From an uncultured Planctomycetia bacterium (lineage in GTDB: Bacteria; Omnitrophota; Gorgyraeia; JABMRG01): a DNA stretch of 52,326 bases. Position numbers and translations under genes: made by a program. Location of the stretch: NCBI GenBank assembly GCA_964523875.1, contig CAZGAS010000002.1, forward strand, positions 20,432 through 72,757, read 5' to 3'. Below, in pieces: positions 19,817 to 29,376 of the stretch (position 1 is the first letter of the stretch; every line of letters starts with the position of its first letter). Under the pieces are notes generated by a model. The model saw only the letters and a program-made list of their open reading frames with translations. It did no database searches and was not told the DNA's origin.

Positions 19817-21085
19817 TTGCATAAAGAGACAGTTTTAAATAATGGCCTTAAGGTTATTACCAATAAGTTTCCTGACGCGCATTCACTCTCTGTTGGGCTT
19901 TGGATAAGAACAGGCGGCAGGTATGAGACATTGAAAAATCAGGGTATATCGCATTTTATGGAGCACATGCTTTTTAAGGGCACAAAGAACCGTTCTTGCC
20001 AGCAGATAAAACAGGCTATCGAGGAGAAAGGCGGCGCGTTCAATGCCTTTACATCAGAAGAGTGTGTCTGCTATTATGTAAAGATACTGTCACGGCAGTT
20101 GACTCTTGCCTGTGATGTGCTCTCTGACATGGTTTTAAACTCTGTATTTAATGATAAAGAGATAGAGAAGGAGCGTAAGGTTATATTCGAGGAGATACGT
20201 ATGTATCTTGACCTGCCTATGCAGTATGTGCACGATCTTCTTGATGAGCTTTTATGGCCGGATCATCCTCTAGGCCTCCCTCTTGTAGGAAACTATGATA
20301 TTGTAGGCGCTATTAGCAGGCGAGACCTCAAGGCTCAGAAGGATATTTTTTATGTACCGAATAACATTATCGCGGTCGCTTGCGGAAACATCAACCATGA
20401 TGAATTTGTAGCCGCAATGAATAAGGCCTTTGGCAAGAGAAGGCCTGTAAAACAACCGGCATTCAAGAGGGCGCCTAAATCTATTGGTATAAGACGTTCC
20501 AGTTTTTTTCATAAAGATACAGAGCAGACGCATCTCTGTCTCGGGCTTAAAGGGTTAAGCCGTAAAGACCCCTTGCGTTTCGGGCTGGCGCTTTTGAATA
20601 TCATTCTTGGTGGTAATATGTCAAGCAGGCTTTTTAATGAAATAAGAGAGAAGAGGTCTCTCGCGTATGAGATTGGCTCATCCACTAAGTCATATTCTGA
20701 CACAGGTTCATTCTTTATACATGCGGGTGTTGACAACAGAAAGATTAAGGAAGCTGTCTTAATCATGATTAGGGAGCTTGGTAAGGCAAGAAGGCATTTG
20801 GTAACCAAGAAAGAGCTTAGTATGGCTAAGGAGTGTTTTAAAAGCGGCCTGCTTATGGCGTTGGAAAATACTATGTCGAATATGCTCTTTTTTGGAGAGC
20901 AGTCTTCTATAACCGGAAAGATTACGACAAAAGATAAGATACTCGATGAGGTTGGAAAAGTAGATGTTGGTATGATAAAAGAGGTGGCAACAAAGCTTTT
21001 TTATCCTGAGGCATTGAAACTGGCGGTTATCGGCCCGCAGACGGATAGGGAAAAACTCGAGTTAGAGAGTCTTTTTATCTCGTAG
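19817..21085 (+). CDS. M16 (insulinase/pitrilysin) family zinc peptidase
   Basis: 422 aa. Inverted zinc motif HFMEH. TTG start 8 nt after AAGGAG (19803-19808). Confidence 0.88.
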   Translation: MHKETVLNNGLKVITNKFPDAHSLSVGLWIRTGGRYETLKNQGISHFMEHMLFKGTKNRSCQQIKQAIEEKGGAFNAFTSEECVCYYVKILSRQLTLACDVLSDMVLNSVFNDKEIEKERKVIFEEIRMYLDLPMQYVHDLLDELLWPDHPLGLPLVGNYDIVGAISRRDLKAQKDIFYVPNNIIAVACGNINHDEFVAAMNKAFGKRRPVKQPAFKRAPKSIGIRRSSFFHKDTEQTHLCLGLKGLSRKDPLRFGLALLNIILGGNMSSRLFNEIREKRSLAYEIGSSTKSYSDTGSFFIHAGVDNRKIKEAVLIMIRELGKARRHLVTKKELSMAKECFKSGLLMALENTMSNMLFFGEQSSITGKITTKDKILDEVGKVDVGMIKEVATKLFYPEALKLAVIGPQTDREKLELESLFIS

Positions 21086-21172
21086 TGTAAAATCTGTTAT
21101 AGTTTTCGCAAATGCCTGTTAAAAAATATATAATAATATAGTTTTTATTATTAAAAAAAGAAGGTTTATTTT

Positions 21173-21850
21173 ATGGATAAACAATACAAGCCAAGAATAA
21201 AAAGCCCCACAAGTGGAATAGGCGGTATATTAGTAGCTCCGTCAATATTGGCCGCGGATTTTAGTGATCTTGGCAACGAGATCAGGCGTGTTGAAAAAGC
21301 AGGCGCGGACTGGATCCACGTAGATGTTATGGATGGCCATTTCGTACCAAATCTAACCATAGGGGCCCCTGTTGTTAGGTCGCTTCGAAAACATACAAAA
21401 CTTACTATAGACAGCCATCTCATGATAGAGAACCCGCAAGAGCATATTGAGGATTTTATAAAAGCTGGCAGTGATATTATCACAGTCCATGCTGAAGCCG
21501 AGTCCAAATTGAAACCGCTGATACGCAATATACAGTCTTACGGCGCAAAGGCAGGCCTCTCTATAAAACCAAAGACACCGACATCCGTGATATATAATCT
21601 GCTCGATATTGTAGATATGGTAGTTGTTATGACGGTTGAGCCTGGTTTCGGAGGACAGAGTTTTATGCAGGATATGATGCCGAAGATTCAGGATATAAGG
21701 CAACGCTATAAAGGCTATATACAGGTTGATGGAGGCGTAAATGCCCAGACAGGGCAGCAGGCAAAGGCCGCTGGAGCCAATATATTAGTTGCGGGTACAT
21801 ATCTGTTTAAGGCAACTAATATGAAAGAGGCAATCGCCAGCTTGAGATAG
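21173..21850 (+). CDS. rpe: Ribulose-phosphate 3-epimerase
   Basis: 225 aa. APSILAADF and HVDVMDGHFVPN motifs. It carries an N-terminal extension of roughly 20 aa, and no alternative in-frame start codon lies downstream of 21173. Confidence 0.93.
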   Translation: MDKQYKPRIKSPTSGIGGILVAPSILAADFSDLGNEIRRVEKAGADWIHVDVMDGHFVPNLTIGAPVVRSLRKHTKLTIDSHLMIENPQEHIEDFIKAGSDIITVHAEAESKLKPLIRNIQSYGAKAGLSIKPKTPTSVIYNLLDIVDMVVVMTVEPGFGGQSFMQDMMPKIQDIRQRYKGYIQVDGGVNAQTGQQAKAAGANILVAGTYLFKATNMKEAIASLR

Positions 21851-21868
21851 GCAGATAAAGGCAGGGAA

Positions 21869-23350
21869 GTGTATATGGGTATCAGATTTGGTACAGATGG
21901 ATGGAGAGCGGTCATAGCGAGGGAATTTACTTATGGTAATGTACGAAAGGTTACCCAGGCTATAGCGGATTACCTTAACGCACAACCCCGTAAAGCTCCT
22001 TCGGAACAACGGGGCAGGCGCGTAACGCACAACCCCGTAAAGCTCCTTCGGAGCAACGGGACAGGCGCAATACGATTAATAGTAGGCTATGACAGCAGGT
22101 TTATGTCTGAAGTATATGCTAAATTGGCAGCAGAGGTCTTAGCTGCTAACAACATTAGCGTATCTCTTGTTAATAAGCCAACACCTACGCCAGCTATCTC
22201 CCTTGCTATTAAGAGGAAAAAGTTTGATGGCGGTATGATTGTTACAGCTAGTCACAACCCACCTATCTTTAATGGGATAAAATTCAAGACTTATTTAGCT
22301 ACATCCGCGGATCAGGATACAACTGGAAAAATAGAAAAACTTATTGGAAAAAATAATCCGAAGATCTTAGATATAGAAAAAGCAAAAAGCGAGGGCATGG
22401 TTGATATGGTAGATGTTGCCGCGGACTATATTGCGTTTATTAGAAGTTTTGTTGATATTGACAGGATAAGGCAGGCCCGCTCTAAGGTGCTTATCGATTA
22501 TATGCATGGCGCGGGAACAGGCTATCTGGAGGCTATCCTAGGTAAAATATGGCCTGGCATCGAAAGCATTCGAGGAAATGTTGACCCGCTCTTTGGCGGC
22601 ATTAATCCTGAGCCCATACCGAAAAATCTTGAGTATGCCTCTAAATATATGAAAAAGAATAAATTTGACTTAGCTGTTGCCTTAGATGGCGATGCGGATA
22701 GAATAGGTGCCTTGCGTCCGGATGGCAGGTTTATAGCGAGCGGGCAGATTATATCCCTTATACTCTTACATTTTATTGAGAACAGGCATTTGTCAGGTGA
22801 TGTTGCCAAGACTATATCAGGAACAACCTTAATAGAGAGAATATGCAAGAGGTATAACCTTACAATGTTTGAGACTCCGGTGGGTTTTAAACATATATCA
22901 GCGCTTATGCTTAAGGAGAACATCCTGATAGGCGGTGAAGAATCCGGAGGCATAGGTTTCTGCGGATATATACCGGAAAGAGACGGGATGCTTTCCGCGC
23001 TCCTGCTTATGGAGATGCTCTCATATAGAAAAAAGAGCATACCTGTGATAATGAGAGATATGGATAGGCAGTATGGCAGATTTTACTATAGCCGTATTGA
23101 CATGAAATATCCTGTTAAGAAAGCAGGGCCTCTTATTGACAGGTTAAAACGCAATCCTCCCCGAACCATAGCAGGCAAAAAACTTCTACGGCTCAAGGCC
23201 TATGATGGTATCAAGTTTATATTAGAAGACTCAAGTTGGTTATTACTTCGTTCTTCAGGAACAGAACCCCTTATTCGTATCTACGCGGAAGCCGGTAGCG
23301 ATAAGGGTGTTAACATGCTCCTGGAAAGAGGCAGGAAGATGCTTAAATGA
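21869..23350 (+). CDS. Alpha-D-phosphohexomutase (phosphoglucomutase/phosphomannomutase family) carrying an in-frame repeat insertion
   Basis: GTDGWR N-terminus, catalytic TASHNP, Mg site DGDADR and sugar loop GEESGG. The start is GTG 21869 or ATG 21875. Confidence 0.9.
   Translation: MYMGIRFGTDGWRAVIAREFTYGNVRKVTQAIADYLNAQPRKAPSEQRGRRVTHNPVKLLRSNGTGAIRLIVGYDSRFMSEVYAKLAAEVLAANNISVSLVNKPTPTPAISLAIKRKKFDGGMIVTASHNPPIFNGIKFKTYLATSADQDTTGKIEKLIGKNNPKILDIEKAKSEGMVDMVDVAADYIAFIRSFVDIDRIRQARSKVLIDYMHGAGTGYLEAILGKIWPGIESIRGNVDPLFGGINPEPIPKNLEYASKYMKKNKFDLAVALDGDADRIGALRPDGRFIASGQIISLILLHFIENRHLSGDVAKTISGTTLIERICKRYNLTMFETPVGFKHISALMLKENILIGGEESGGIGFCGYIPERDGMLSALLLMEMLSYRKKSIPVIMRDMDRQYGRFYYSRIDMKYPVKKAGPLIDRLKRNPPRTIAGKKLLRLKAYDGIKFILEDSSWLLLRSSGTEPLIRIYAEAGSDKGVNMLLERGRKMLK
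21977..22069 (+). repeat. GC-rich 47-nt + 46-nt tandem duplication (two hairpin modules) inside the phosphohexomutase CDS
   Basis: Copy 1 is 21977-22023, aacgcacaaccccgtaaagctccttcggaacaacggggcaggcgcgt. Copy 2 is 22024-22069 and is the same minus one G, with 2-3 substitutions. Each copy has an outer stem CCCCGT/ACGGGG and an inner GCTCC-TTCG-GAGC-type stem. The total is 93 nt, or 31 codons. Confidence 0.92.
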
Positions 23351-25140
23351 ATACTGAATATATAAGAAACTTTTGCATAATAGCGCATATAGACCATGGT
23401 AAATCCACACTTGCTGACAGGATGCTTCAGTTTACATGCGCGATAACAGAGCGTCAGTTCAAAAACCAGCTTCTTGACAGCATGGACTTAGAGCGAGAGC
23501 ACGGCATAACCATAAAGGCCTCTGCTGTCCGTTTAAAATATATCGCAAAGAATAAGAAAAAATATACCTTGAATCTCATCGATACCCCCGGACACGTTGA
23601 TTTTTCATATGAGGTTTCAAAGTCAATAAGGGCGTGCGAAGGCGCTATACTTCTGGTAGACGCGGCTCAGGGTGTTCAGGCACAGACCGTAGCGAACCTT
23701 TATTTGGCAAAAGAGAATAATCTTGAGATTATACCGGTCATAAACAAAGTAGACCTGCCAAACGCCAGCATAGATAAAGTCAAAGCTCAGATACGAGATA
23801 TGCTTAATATTGACGAAGAGAAGATTATACTTGCCAGCGCGAAAGAAGGTACTGGTACAGAAGAGATATTAGAGAGGATTGTTGCACAAGTTCCGCATCC
23901 TGAGGGCAACACCAGTAGTCCATTGCAGGCCCTTGTATTTGATTCTCAGTACGATTCATATAAAGGGGTTATGGTCTATGTTAAGATTGTCAATGGAACG
24001 CTAGTTCCGGGAATGAAGGTTCGGTTTATGCAGGATTCAAAGGATTTTGATCTATTGGAAATAGGTGTCTTTAATCCGGGCATGCATAAGATGTCATCTC
24101 TTGAATGTGGTATGGTAGGGTATTTTGCCGCGAATATTAGAAATCCAAAGTATGTTATAGCCGGGGATACGGTGACTGACGCGCGATTACCGGCAGCAGC
24201 CCTGCTTACTGGTTATAAGAAGGTAAGGCCTCTTGTGTTTTGCGGGGTATATCCTATTAATACCAAAGATTTTGAGAGCTTAAGAGACGCTATAGTAAAG
24301 TTGCAGCTTTCAGACAGTTCTTTCAGCTCAGAGCAGGAGAGTTCTACATCCATGGGCTATGGTTTTAGGTGCGGTTTTTTAGGCCTTTTACATATGCAGA
24401 TTATACAGGAGAGGCTTGAGCGAGAATATGACTTAAATCTTGTCCTTACAACCCCCGGGGTTATCTATAGGGTAAAAAAGACAGATGGTGAGATACTCGA
24501 GATAGAAAACCCGACTAAACTTCCCAGTCCTCATATAATAGAGGAGATCGCGGAGCCATTTGTTGAAGCAAAGATGATAATACCGGTGGAATCTCTTGGC
24601 AATATTATGGAGCTGTCAAAGCAGCGAAGAGGTATTTACATAAGCACTGAATATTTAAGCCCTGAGAGAGCTAATATTACGTATTTTTTTCCTCTCTCCG
24701 AGATTATAACTGATTTTTACGATAAGCTTAAGTCTCTGACACAGGGGTATGGTTCCCTTGATTACGAATTTATAGATTACCAGGCTAATGACCTTGTAAG
24801 GCTGGATATATTGCTCAATAATGAACTCTGTGATGCCCTATCGTCTATTATTTTTAAGGAGAAAGCTCAGGCAAAGGGAAGGGCTGTGGCACAAAAGCTC
24901 AAAGAGCTTATCCCAAAACAGCTATTCCAGATAGCGATTCAAGCGGCAGTAGGCAATCAGGTAATAGCCAGAGAGACGGTCCCGGCCTTAAAGAAGAATG
25001 TTACCGGAAAATGCTATGGCGGTGATATAACAAGAAAGAGAAAGCTTTGGGCTAAGCAGAAAGAAGGTAAAAAGAGATTAAAACAGTTTGGCAGAGTTCA
25101 GGTACCGCAGGAAGCGTTCTTATCTGTAATGAAAATATGA
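23347..25140 (+). CDS. lepA: Elongation factor 4 (LepA)
   Basis: 597 aa. G-motifs AHIDHGKST, DTPGH and NKVD, and a LepA-specific C-terminal region. Confidence 0.98.
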   Translation: MNTEYIRNFCIIAHIDHGKSTLADRMLQFTCAITERQFKNQLLDSMDLEREHGITIKASAVRLKYIAKNKKKYTLNLIDTPGHVDFSYEVSKSIRACEGAILLVDAAQGVQAQTVANLYLAKENNLEIIPVINKVDLPNASIDKVKAQIRDMLNIDEEKIILASAKEGTGTEEILERIVAQVPHPEGNTSSPLQALVFDSQYDSYKGVMVYVKIVNGTLVPGMKVRFMQDSKDFDLLEIGVFNPGMHKMSSLECGMVGYFAANIRNPKYVIAGDTVTDARLPAAALLTGYKKVRPLVFCGVYPINTKDFESLRDAIVKLQLSDSSFSSEQESSTSMGYGFRCGFLGLLHMQIIQERLEREYDLNLVLTTPGVIYRVKKTDGEILEIENPTKLPSPHIIEEIAEPFVEAKMIIPVESLGNIMELSKQRRGIYISTEYLSPERANITYFFPLSEIITDFYDKLKSLTQGYGSLDYEFIDYQANDLVRLDILLNNELCDALSSIIFKEKAQAKGRAVAQKLKELIPKQLFQIAIQAAVGNQVIARETVPALKKNVTGKCYGGDITRKRKLWAKQKEGKKRLKQFGRVQVPQEAFLSVMKI

Positions 25141-25162
25141 TCCTAAAAAGGAGGATACGCAT

Positions 25163-25732
25163 TTGGATATTAAATTTTACTTAAGAAACATATTTAAGTC
25201 GATATTTAACCGTGAAAACGTAGAGGTTGTTGTAACGGCGGTTATATTAGCGCTTATTATCAGGACATTTGTTGTTCAGGCTTTTAAGATACCTACAGGG
25301 TCAATGAGGCCAACGCTTATTGAAGGAGACAGAATATTGGTAAATAAGTTTATTTATAGATTTAAGGCGCCTCTCCGTGGAGATATAATAGTATTTAAGT
25401 ATCCGGAAGACACAAAAAAAGATTTTATAAAAAGGCTTATCGCGATTGGAGGCGAAACAGTCCGTATTATAGATGGCAATATATGGGTTGATGGCGTACT
25501 GATAGAAGAGCAGAAAAAGATACGCCAAACCTATTACTATAATAAGCCCGGTACGCCTTATGGTGAGGAAGATATGACGATTAAGGTGCCGGATGATAAC
25601 TTTTTTGTGCTTGGTGATAATAGCGCTTCTTCACGGGATAGCAGGTATTGGGGGTTTGTCCCAAAGAAGTATCTTGTAGGAAAGGCGTTTTTGCTGTACT
25701 GGCCATTAACAAGAATAAGGATACTGGAATGA
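25163..25732 (+). CDS. lepB: Signal peptidase I
   Basis: 189 aa. GSMRPTL serine box, KRLIAIGGE and GDNSASSRDSRYWG. TTG start after AAGGAGGA (25148-25155). Confidence 0.93.
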   Translation: MDIKFYLRNIFKSIFNRENVEVVVTAVILALIIRTFVVQAFKIPTGSMRPTLIEGDRILVNKFIYRFKAPLRGDIIVFKYPEDTKKDFIKRLIAIGGETVRIIDGNIWVDGVLIEEQKKIRQTYYYNKPGTPYGEEDMTIKVPDDNFFVLGDNSASSRDSRYWGFVPKKYLVGKAFLLYWPLTRIRILE

Positions 25733-25768
25733 AAACTAGGGACTAGTTTTCATTCCTAGTTTTATATT
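25726..25768 (+). terminator. Intrinsic terminator after lepB
   Basis: Perfect 14-bp stem GGAATGAAAACTAG / CTAGTTTTCATTCC (25726-25756) with a 3-nt loop, followed by TAGTTTTATATT. Confidence 0.8.
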
Positions 25769-25787
25769 ACGAAAGGAGAGTAATGCC

Positions 25788-26615
25788 ATGAAGAAGATAG
25801 CCTGGTTTTTTACGCTGCTATTTACAGGGATATGTTTTTTTGCAAGTCCAGCGCTCGCTTATAAGCCGCGTGTAACAGTATATGGATTTGAGACAAAGGC
25901 ATCAAGTGGGTTCTGGCATGATGCTAAGTGGGATGTTGGTACTGGTATGGGTGAGATGCTTTCTGACGCGCTTGTGAATACGGGTAAGTTTGATGTCGTG
26001 GAAAGAATGAATTTAAGTGATATTACAACGGAGCAGGATCTTGTTACAGGAGGCAGAGTATCAACCGCGACAGGCGCGAAGACGGGTGGCATGAAAGGCG
26101 CTGAATATATTGTGCGTGGAACGATTACGGAATTTACGTATAAAGAATCAGGAGGCGGGTTAGGCCTTACGATTAAAGGTTTTAACCTGGGTGGCCAGAC
26201 ATCAGAGGCCCATATTGGTGGGATTATAAGGATATATGACGCTACTACCGGCGAGATATATGGTTCAAAAAGATTTGAAAAAAAAGTCCCTGCTTCGGGT
26301 CTTACAGTAGGTTATTACAATAAAGGCATAGGAGGCACAATAGGTGGTTTTAAAAAGACACCTCTAGGTAAGGCTGCACATTTTGCTATCGCGGATATGG
26401 TTGATTATATATCCGAGAAGATACCAGCAGAGCCCAAGGCCGCGGATGTTATTGATCAGAGATGCCCGCAATGTGGAACAGAGATTACTCCTGGTATGCA
26501 ATTTTGCCCAAATTGCGGCCTACAGATCAAAGATGTTAAATGCCCTGAATGCGGTAAGGACCTGCCTGCCGGAACAAATTTTTGCCCGTTTTGCGGAGCA
26601 AAGGTCAGCAAATAA
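25788..26615 (+). CDS. CsgG-family (curli-secretion-like) domain protein fused to a C-terminal double zinc ribbon
   Basis: 275 aa. Signal peptide MKKIAWFFTLLFTGICFFASPALA. CsgG-like blocks (KPRVTVYGFETKA, LSDALVNTGKFDVVER, EYIVRGTITEF, KTPLGKAAHFAIADMV). The C-terminus holds CPQCG..FCPNCG and CPECG..FCPFCG. Confidence 0.8.
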   Translation: MKKIAWFFTLLFTGICFFASPALAYKPRVTVYGFETKASSGFWHDAKWDVGTGMGEMLSDALVNTGKFDVVERMNLSDITTEQDLVTGGRVSTATGAKTGGMKGAEYIVRGTITEFTYKESGGGLGLTIKGFNLGGQTSEAHIGGIIRIYDATTGEIYGSKRFEKKVPASGLTVGYYNKGIGGTIGGFKKTPLGKAAHFAIADMVDYISEKIPAEPKAADVIDQRCPQCGTEITPGMQFCPNCGLQIKDVKCPECGKDLPAGTNFCPFCGAKVSK

Positions 26616-26676
26616 CATAAATAATTTAGGGCTATTGCGTAAACCGGAAACCGTGAACAACCAAAAATCGAAAAAC

Positions 26677-27228
26677 ATGGGCCTGGCAAATAAAATAACT
26701 ATAGCAAGAATACTCTTAGTGCCATTTCTCTTGACTTCACTCTTTTATTACAAGGCAGAGTATGATTTTTTGAGGTTTGTAGCATTGGGGATATTCTTTG
26801 TCTGCGTGCTTACAGACGCTATCGATGGTTATGTGGCAAGGAGGTTCTTCCAGAAGACAGAGCTTGGTAAGATTCTTGACCCACTAGCTGATAAGCTTTT
26901 GATATTGACTGCGTTTTTGTGCCTTTCAATGTTAGGACATATACCCGCTGCTTCCAGGATACCACCATGGCTTACAATTATTGTTTTCAGCAGAGACGCT
27001 ATTATATTGTTAGGATCGGGGATTATCCTTATTCTTTTTAAGGATATTGATATAAAACCTTCCGCGACAGGCAAGGTTACTACTTTTTTTCAGATGGCGA
27101 CAGTCATTGTATCACTACTACAAAGTCCGTATAGACATATATTCTGGTGGGTCAGCGCAGTCTTGACAATCGCATCATGCCTTGATTATGTCTGGCGTGG
27201 CAGTAAGGTTTTAAATGAGTCACATTGA
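26677..27228 (+). CDS. pgsA: CDP-alcohol phosphatidyltransferase (phosphatidylglycerophosphate synthase-like)
   Basis: MGLANKITIARILL start. DGYVARR...G...DPLADK CDP-alcohol motif. The track ORF from 26383 is an out-of-frame run over the upstream gene's 3' end. Confidence 0.85.
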   Translation: MGLANKITIARILLVPFLLTSLFYYKAEYDFLRFVALGIFFVCVLTDAIDGYVARRFFQKTELGKILDPLADKLLILTAFLCLSMLGHIPAASRIPPWLTIIVFSRDAIILLGSGIILILFKDIDIKPSATGKVTTFFQMATVIVSLLQSPYRHIFWWVSAVLTIASCLDYVWRGSKVLNESH

Positions 27229-28585
27229 GCACACAAGAAACCTTCCAAAGATAGCTATAATCGGCAGGCCTAACGTGGGCAAGTCTTCTCTATTCAACCG
27301 TATGCTTAAACAGAGAAAAGCTATAGTTGAATCTGTTGCCGGTGTTACGCGGGACCGCCTTTACGCTCCTGTTAATCTAAATAAACAGGAATTTCTAATT
27401 ATAGATACCGGGGGCATTACATCAAAGTCAGCTGAGCCCATTGAAAAGCTTGTATATAAACAGAGCAGGGAAGCGATAGAGGAGGCCGATGCTGTAATTT
27501 TCGTCGCTGATATAAAGGCAGGCCTTACATACCAGGACCAGCATATAGCCGATATACTAAAAAGATTAAACGCGAAGACCTTCCTTGTTGTTAACAAGGT
27601 TGACGATAAGAAATTTAGTAATGATGCTTTTGATTTTTACCGGCTCGGGCTAGGTATGCCTTATGCAATATCTGTTTTACATCGTGCTGGCCTGAATAAG
27701 CTCTATAGCGATATCTCAGCGTATATCATAGAATATAATAAGAATTCTAAGAGCCGCCCTATAGCCAGTAAAAAGAACCAGTCAGAAGAGATAAAAATCG
27801 CGGTAATTGGTAAACCCAATGTTGGTAAATCATCGTTTATCAACTGTATCCTTGATAAAGAGAGGCTGTTGGTTGATGATCGTCCAGGTACAACCAGAGA
27901 TTCTGTTGACATAACCTTAAAAAGAGGTAAACAGATACTTGTTATATCTGATACAGCGGGAATGCGCCATAAGAAAAAAATTAAGGATGTTGTTGAGATA
28001 TTTAGCCTCTCCAGGACAAAAGAAGCTATTAAGCATTCTGACACGGCCCTGATAATGATAGACGCGGATAAAGGCCTTTGCCGGGAGGATATTGCTGTTT
28101 TGGAATACGCTATAAGAGAAGGCAGGGGCTGCACGCTTCTTGTCAATAAATGGGATATTATCAATGATGCTGACACGCAGTCATATAAACAAGGCTTGGT
28201 TTTTAAATATAGGCCAATTGAATGGATGCAGGTACTTTTTACCTCCTGTAAAAATAAACGTAATATTATTAAAGCGTTAGATGCTGCCTGTGAGCTGAAA
28301 AAAAAGTCGCAGGTTCTTATAACCACTCCCCGTGTAAATAAATTTTTCGAAGGAATACAAAAAGCCACTCCCCATGTTTCGCAAAAAAGCGCGAGGCCAA
28401 AGATATTTTATGCTACCCAGACACATACAGCGCCGCCAGAGTTTACATTATTCTGTACAAACCCTAAGCTTATAAAGAGAGAATATATAAGATTTATTGA
28501 ACGCCAGCTAAGGAAAGAGTTTGGCTTTGAGGGCATTCCTGTCAGTTTTCGGCTGCGCCCGAGGAATACAGAGAAGAAGCGATAG
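27215..28585 (+). CDS. der: Ribosome-associated GTPase Der/EngA
   Basis: 456 aa. Two tandem G-domains (GRPNVGKSS and GKPNVGKSS, DTGG/DTAG, NKVD/NKWD) plus a KH-like C-terminus. Confidence 0.96.
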   Translation: MSHIEHTRNLPKIAIIGRPNVGKSSLFNRMLKQRKAIVESVAGVTRDRLYAPVNLNKQEFLIIDTGGITSKSAEPIEKLVYKQSREAIEEADAVIFVADIKAGLTYQDQHIADILKRLNAKTFLVVNKVDDKKFSNDAFDFYRLGLGMPYAISVLHRAGLNKLYSDISAYIIEYNKNSKSRPIASKKNQSEEIKIAVIGKPNVGKSSFINCILDKERLLVDDRPGTTRDSVDITLKRGKQILVISDTAGMRHKKKIKDVVEIFSLSRTKEAIKHSDTALIMIDADKGLCREDIAVLEYAIREGRGCTLLVNKWDIINDADTQSYKQGLVFKYRPIEWMQVLFTSCKNKRNIIKALDAACELKKKSQVLITTPRVNKFFEGIQKATPHVSQKSARPKIFYATQTHTAPPEFTLFCTNPKLIKREYIRFIERQLRKEFGFEGIPVSFRLRPRNTEKKR

Positions 28586-28616
28586 ATATGTTAAACAGAG
28601 TAACCGGAGGTAGAAG

Positions 28617-29240
28617 ATGCCAAGTATGATTTTTGGTATAATTGTATCGTATCTTATTGGTGCAATACCTTTTAGCTACATACTAGGAAAACTATGTAAG
28701 GGGATAGATATAAGAGAATATGGCAGTGGTAATGTTGGTGCGACCAATCTTATCAGGAACGCGGGTAAACTGCCGGGGATTACCGCGTTTTTGCTGGATG
28801 TATCAAAAGGTTTAGTAGCAGTAGTGGTTGTAGCGGGTATCTTTTACAGGCCAGTCCCCTTGCTCAGCTTACCATTATTTAAAATTATTCTTGGCCTTGC
28901 TGCTGTGTCCGGACATATCTGGACACTCTTTCTTAAGTTTAGGGGTGGCAAAGGAGTGGCTACCGTGATAGGCGTTTTTCTGGGGCTTGTACCATTGGCA
29001 ATGATATTTTCTCTATGTGTATGGGGTCTATTCGCTATTGTCTTTAGATATGTATCGCTTAGCTCCATCATGATGGCGATAAGCCTTCCCGTGGTAATAT
29101 TTATTTTGCATGAACCTAATGAGTACATCTTACTTGCGTCTCTACTGAGCGCATTTATTATTTATACGCACCGCACGAATATCTCCCGCCTTTTTAATGG
29201 TACAGAGTATAAGATAGGGCAACGGTTGGGCAGAGATTAG
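28617..29240 (+). CDS. plsY: Glycerol-3-phosphate acyltransferase PlsY
   Basis: 207 aa, multi-TM, with GSGNVGATN and GGKGVAT motifs. Confidence 0.93.
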   Translation: MPSMIFGIIVSYLIGAIPFSYILGKLCKGIDIREYGSGNVGATNLIRNAGKLPGITAFLLDVSKGLVAVVVVAGIFYRPVPLLSLPLFKIILGLAAVSGHIWTLFLKFRGGKGVATVIGVFLGLVPLAMIFSLCVWGLFAIVFRYVSLSSIMMAISLPVVIFILHEPNEYILLASLLSAFIIYTHRTNISRLFNGTEYKIGQRLGRD

Positions 29241-29309
29241 AGCATTAAGAATTAAGTATTAAAAAGAACGAAGAGCTCGCTAAGGACTTATTGTTAGAAA
29301 CTTAATGCT
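29241..29309 (+). terminator. Possible long-range hairpin/terminator after plsY
   Basis: AGCATTAAG (29241-49) pairs with CTTAATGCT (29301-09), and an inner AAGT pairs with ACTT. An AT/T-rich tract follows. This is not a canonical compact terminator. Confidence 0.35.
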
Positions 29310-29376
29310 TCATGCCTAATAATTTTATTTTATATGGAAAAACCGGGAATATCTTTATTTCTTAAGGGTTGTATAT

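Noticed and set aside
26383-26676. The upstream parts of several track ORFs could be real N-terminal extensions: 26383 for pgsA, 38196 for lysC, 45613 for uvrB, 14132 for trpF, 17277 for trpA and 32861 for hom.
   Set aside because: The extensions overlap the preceding gene or a repeat element, lack homology to the family N-termini and lack an SD. Internal starts with SD sites reproduce the canonical N-termini.
27703-28368. Long minus-strand ORFs might be real genes: 221 aa here, plus 30044-30679, 4719-5339, 9147-9725, 43571-44119, 22522-23040, 12218-12712 and others.
   Set aside because: Each lies entirely antisense to a + strand gene with unmistakable family motifs. Their translations are low-complexity, Ser/Leu/Ile-rich and show no recognisable domains. 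These are typical shadow ORFs.
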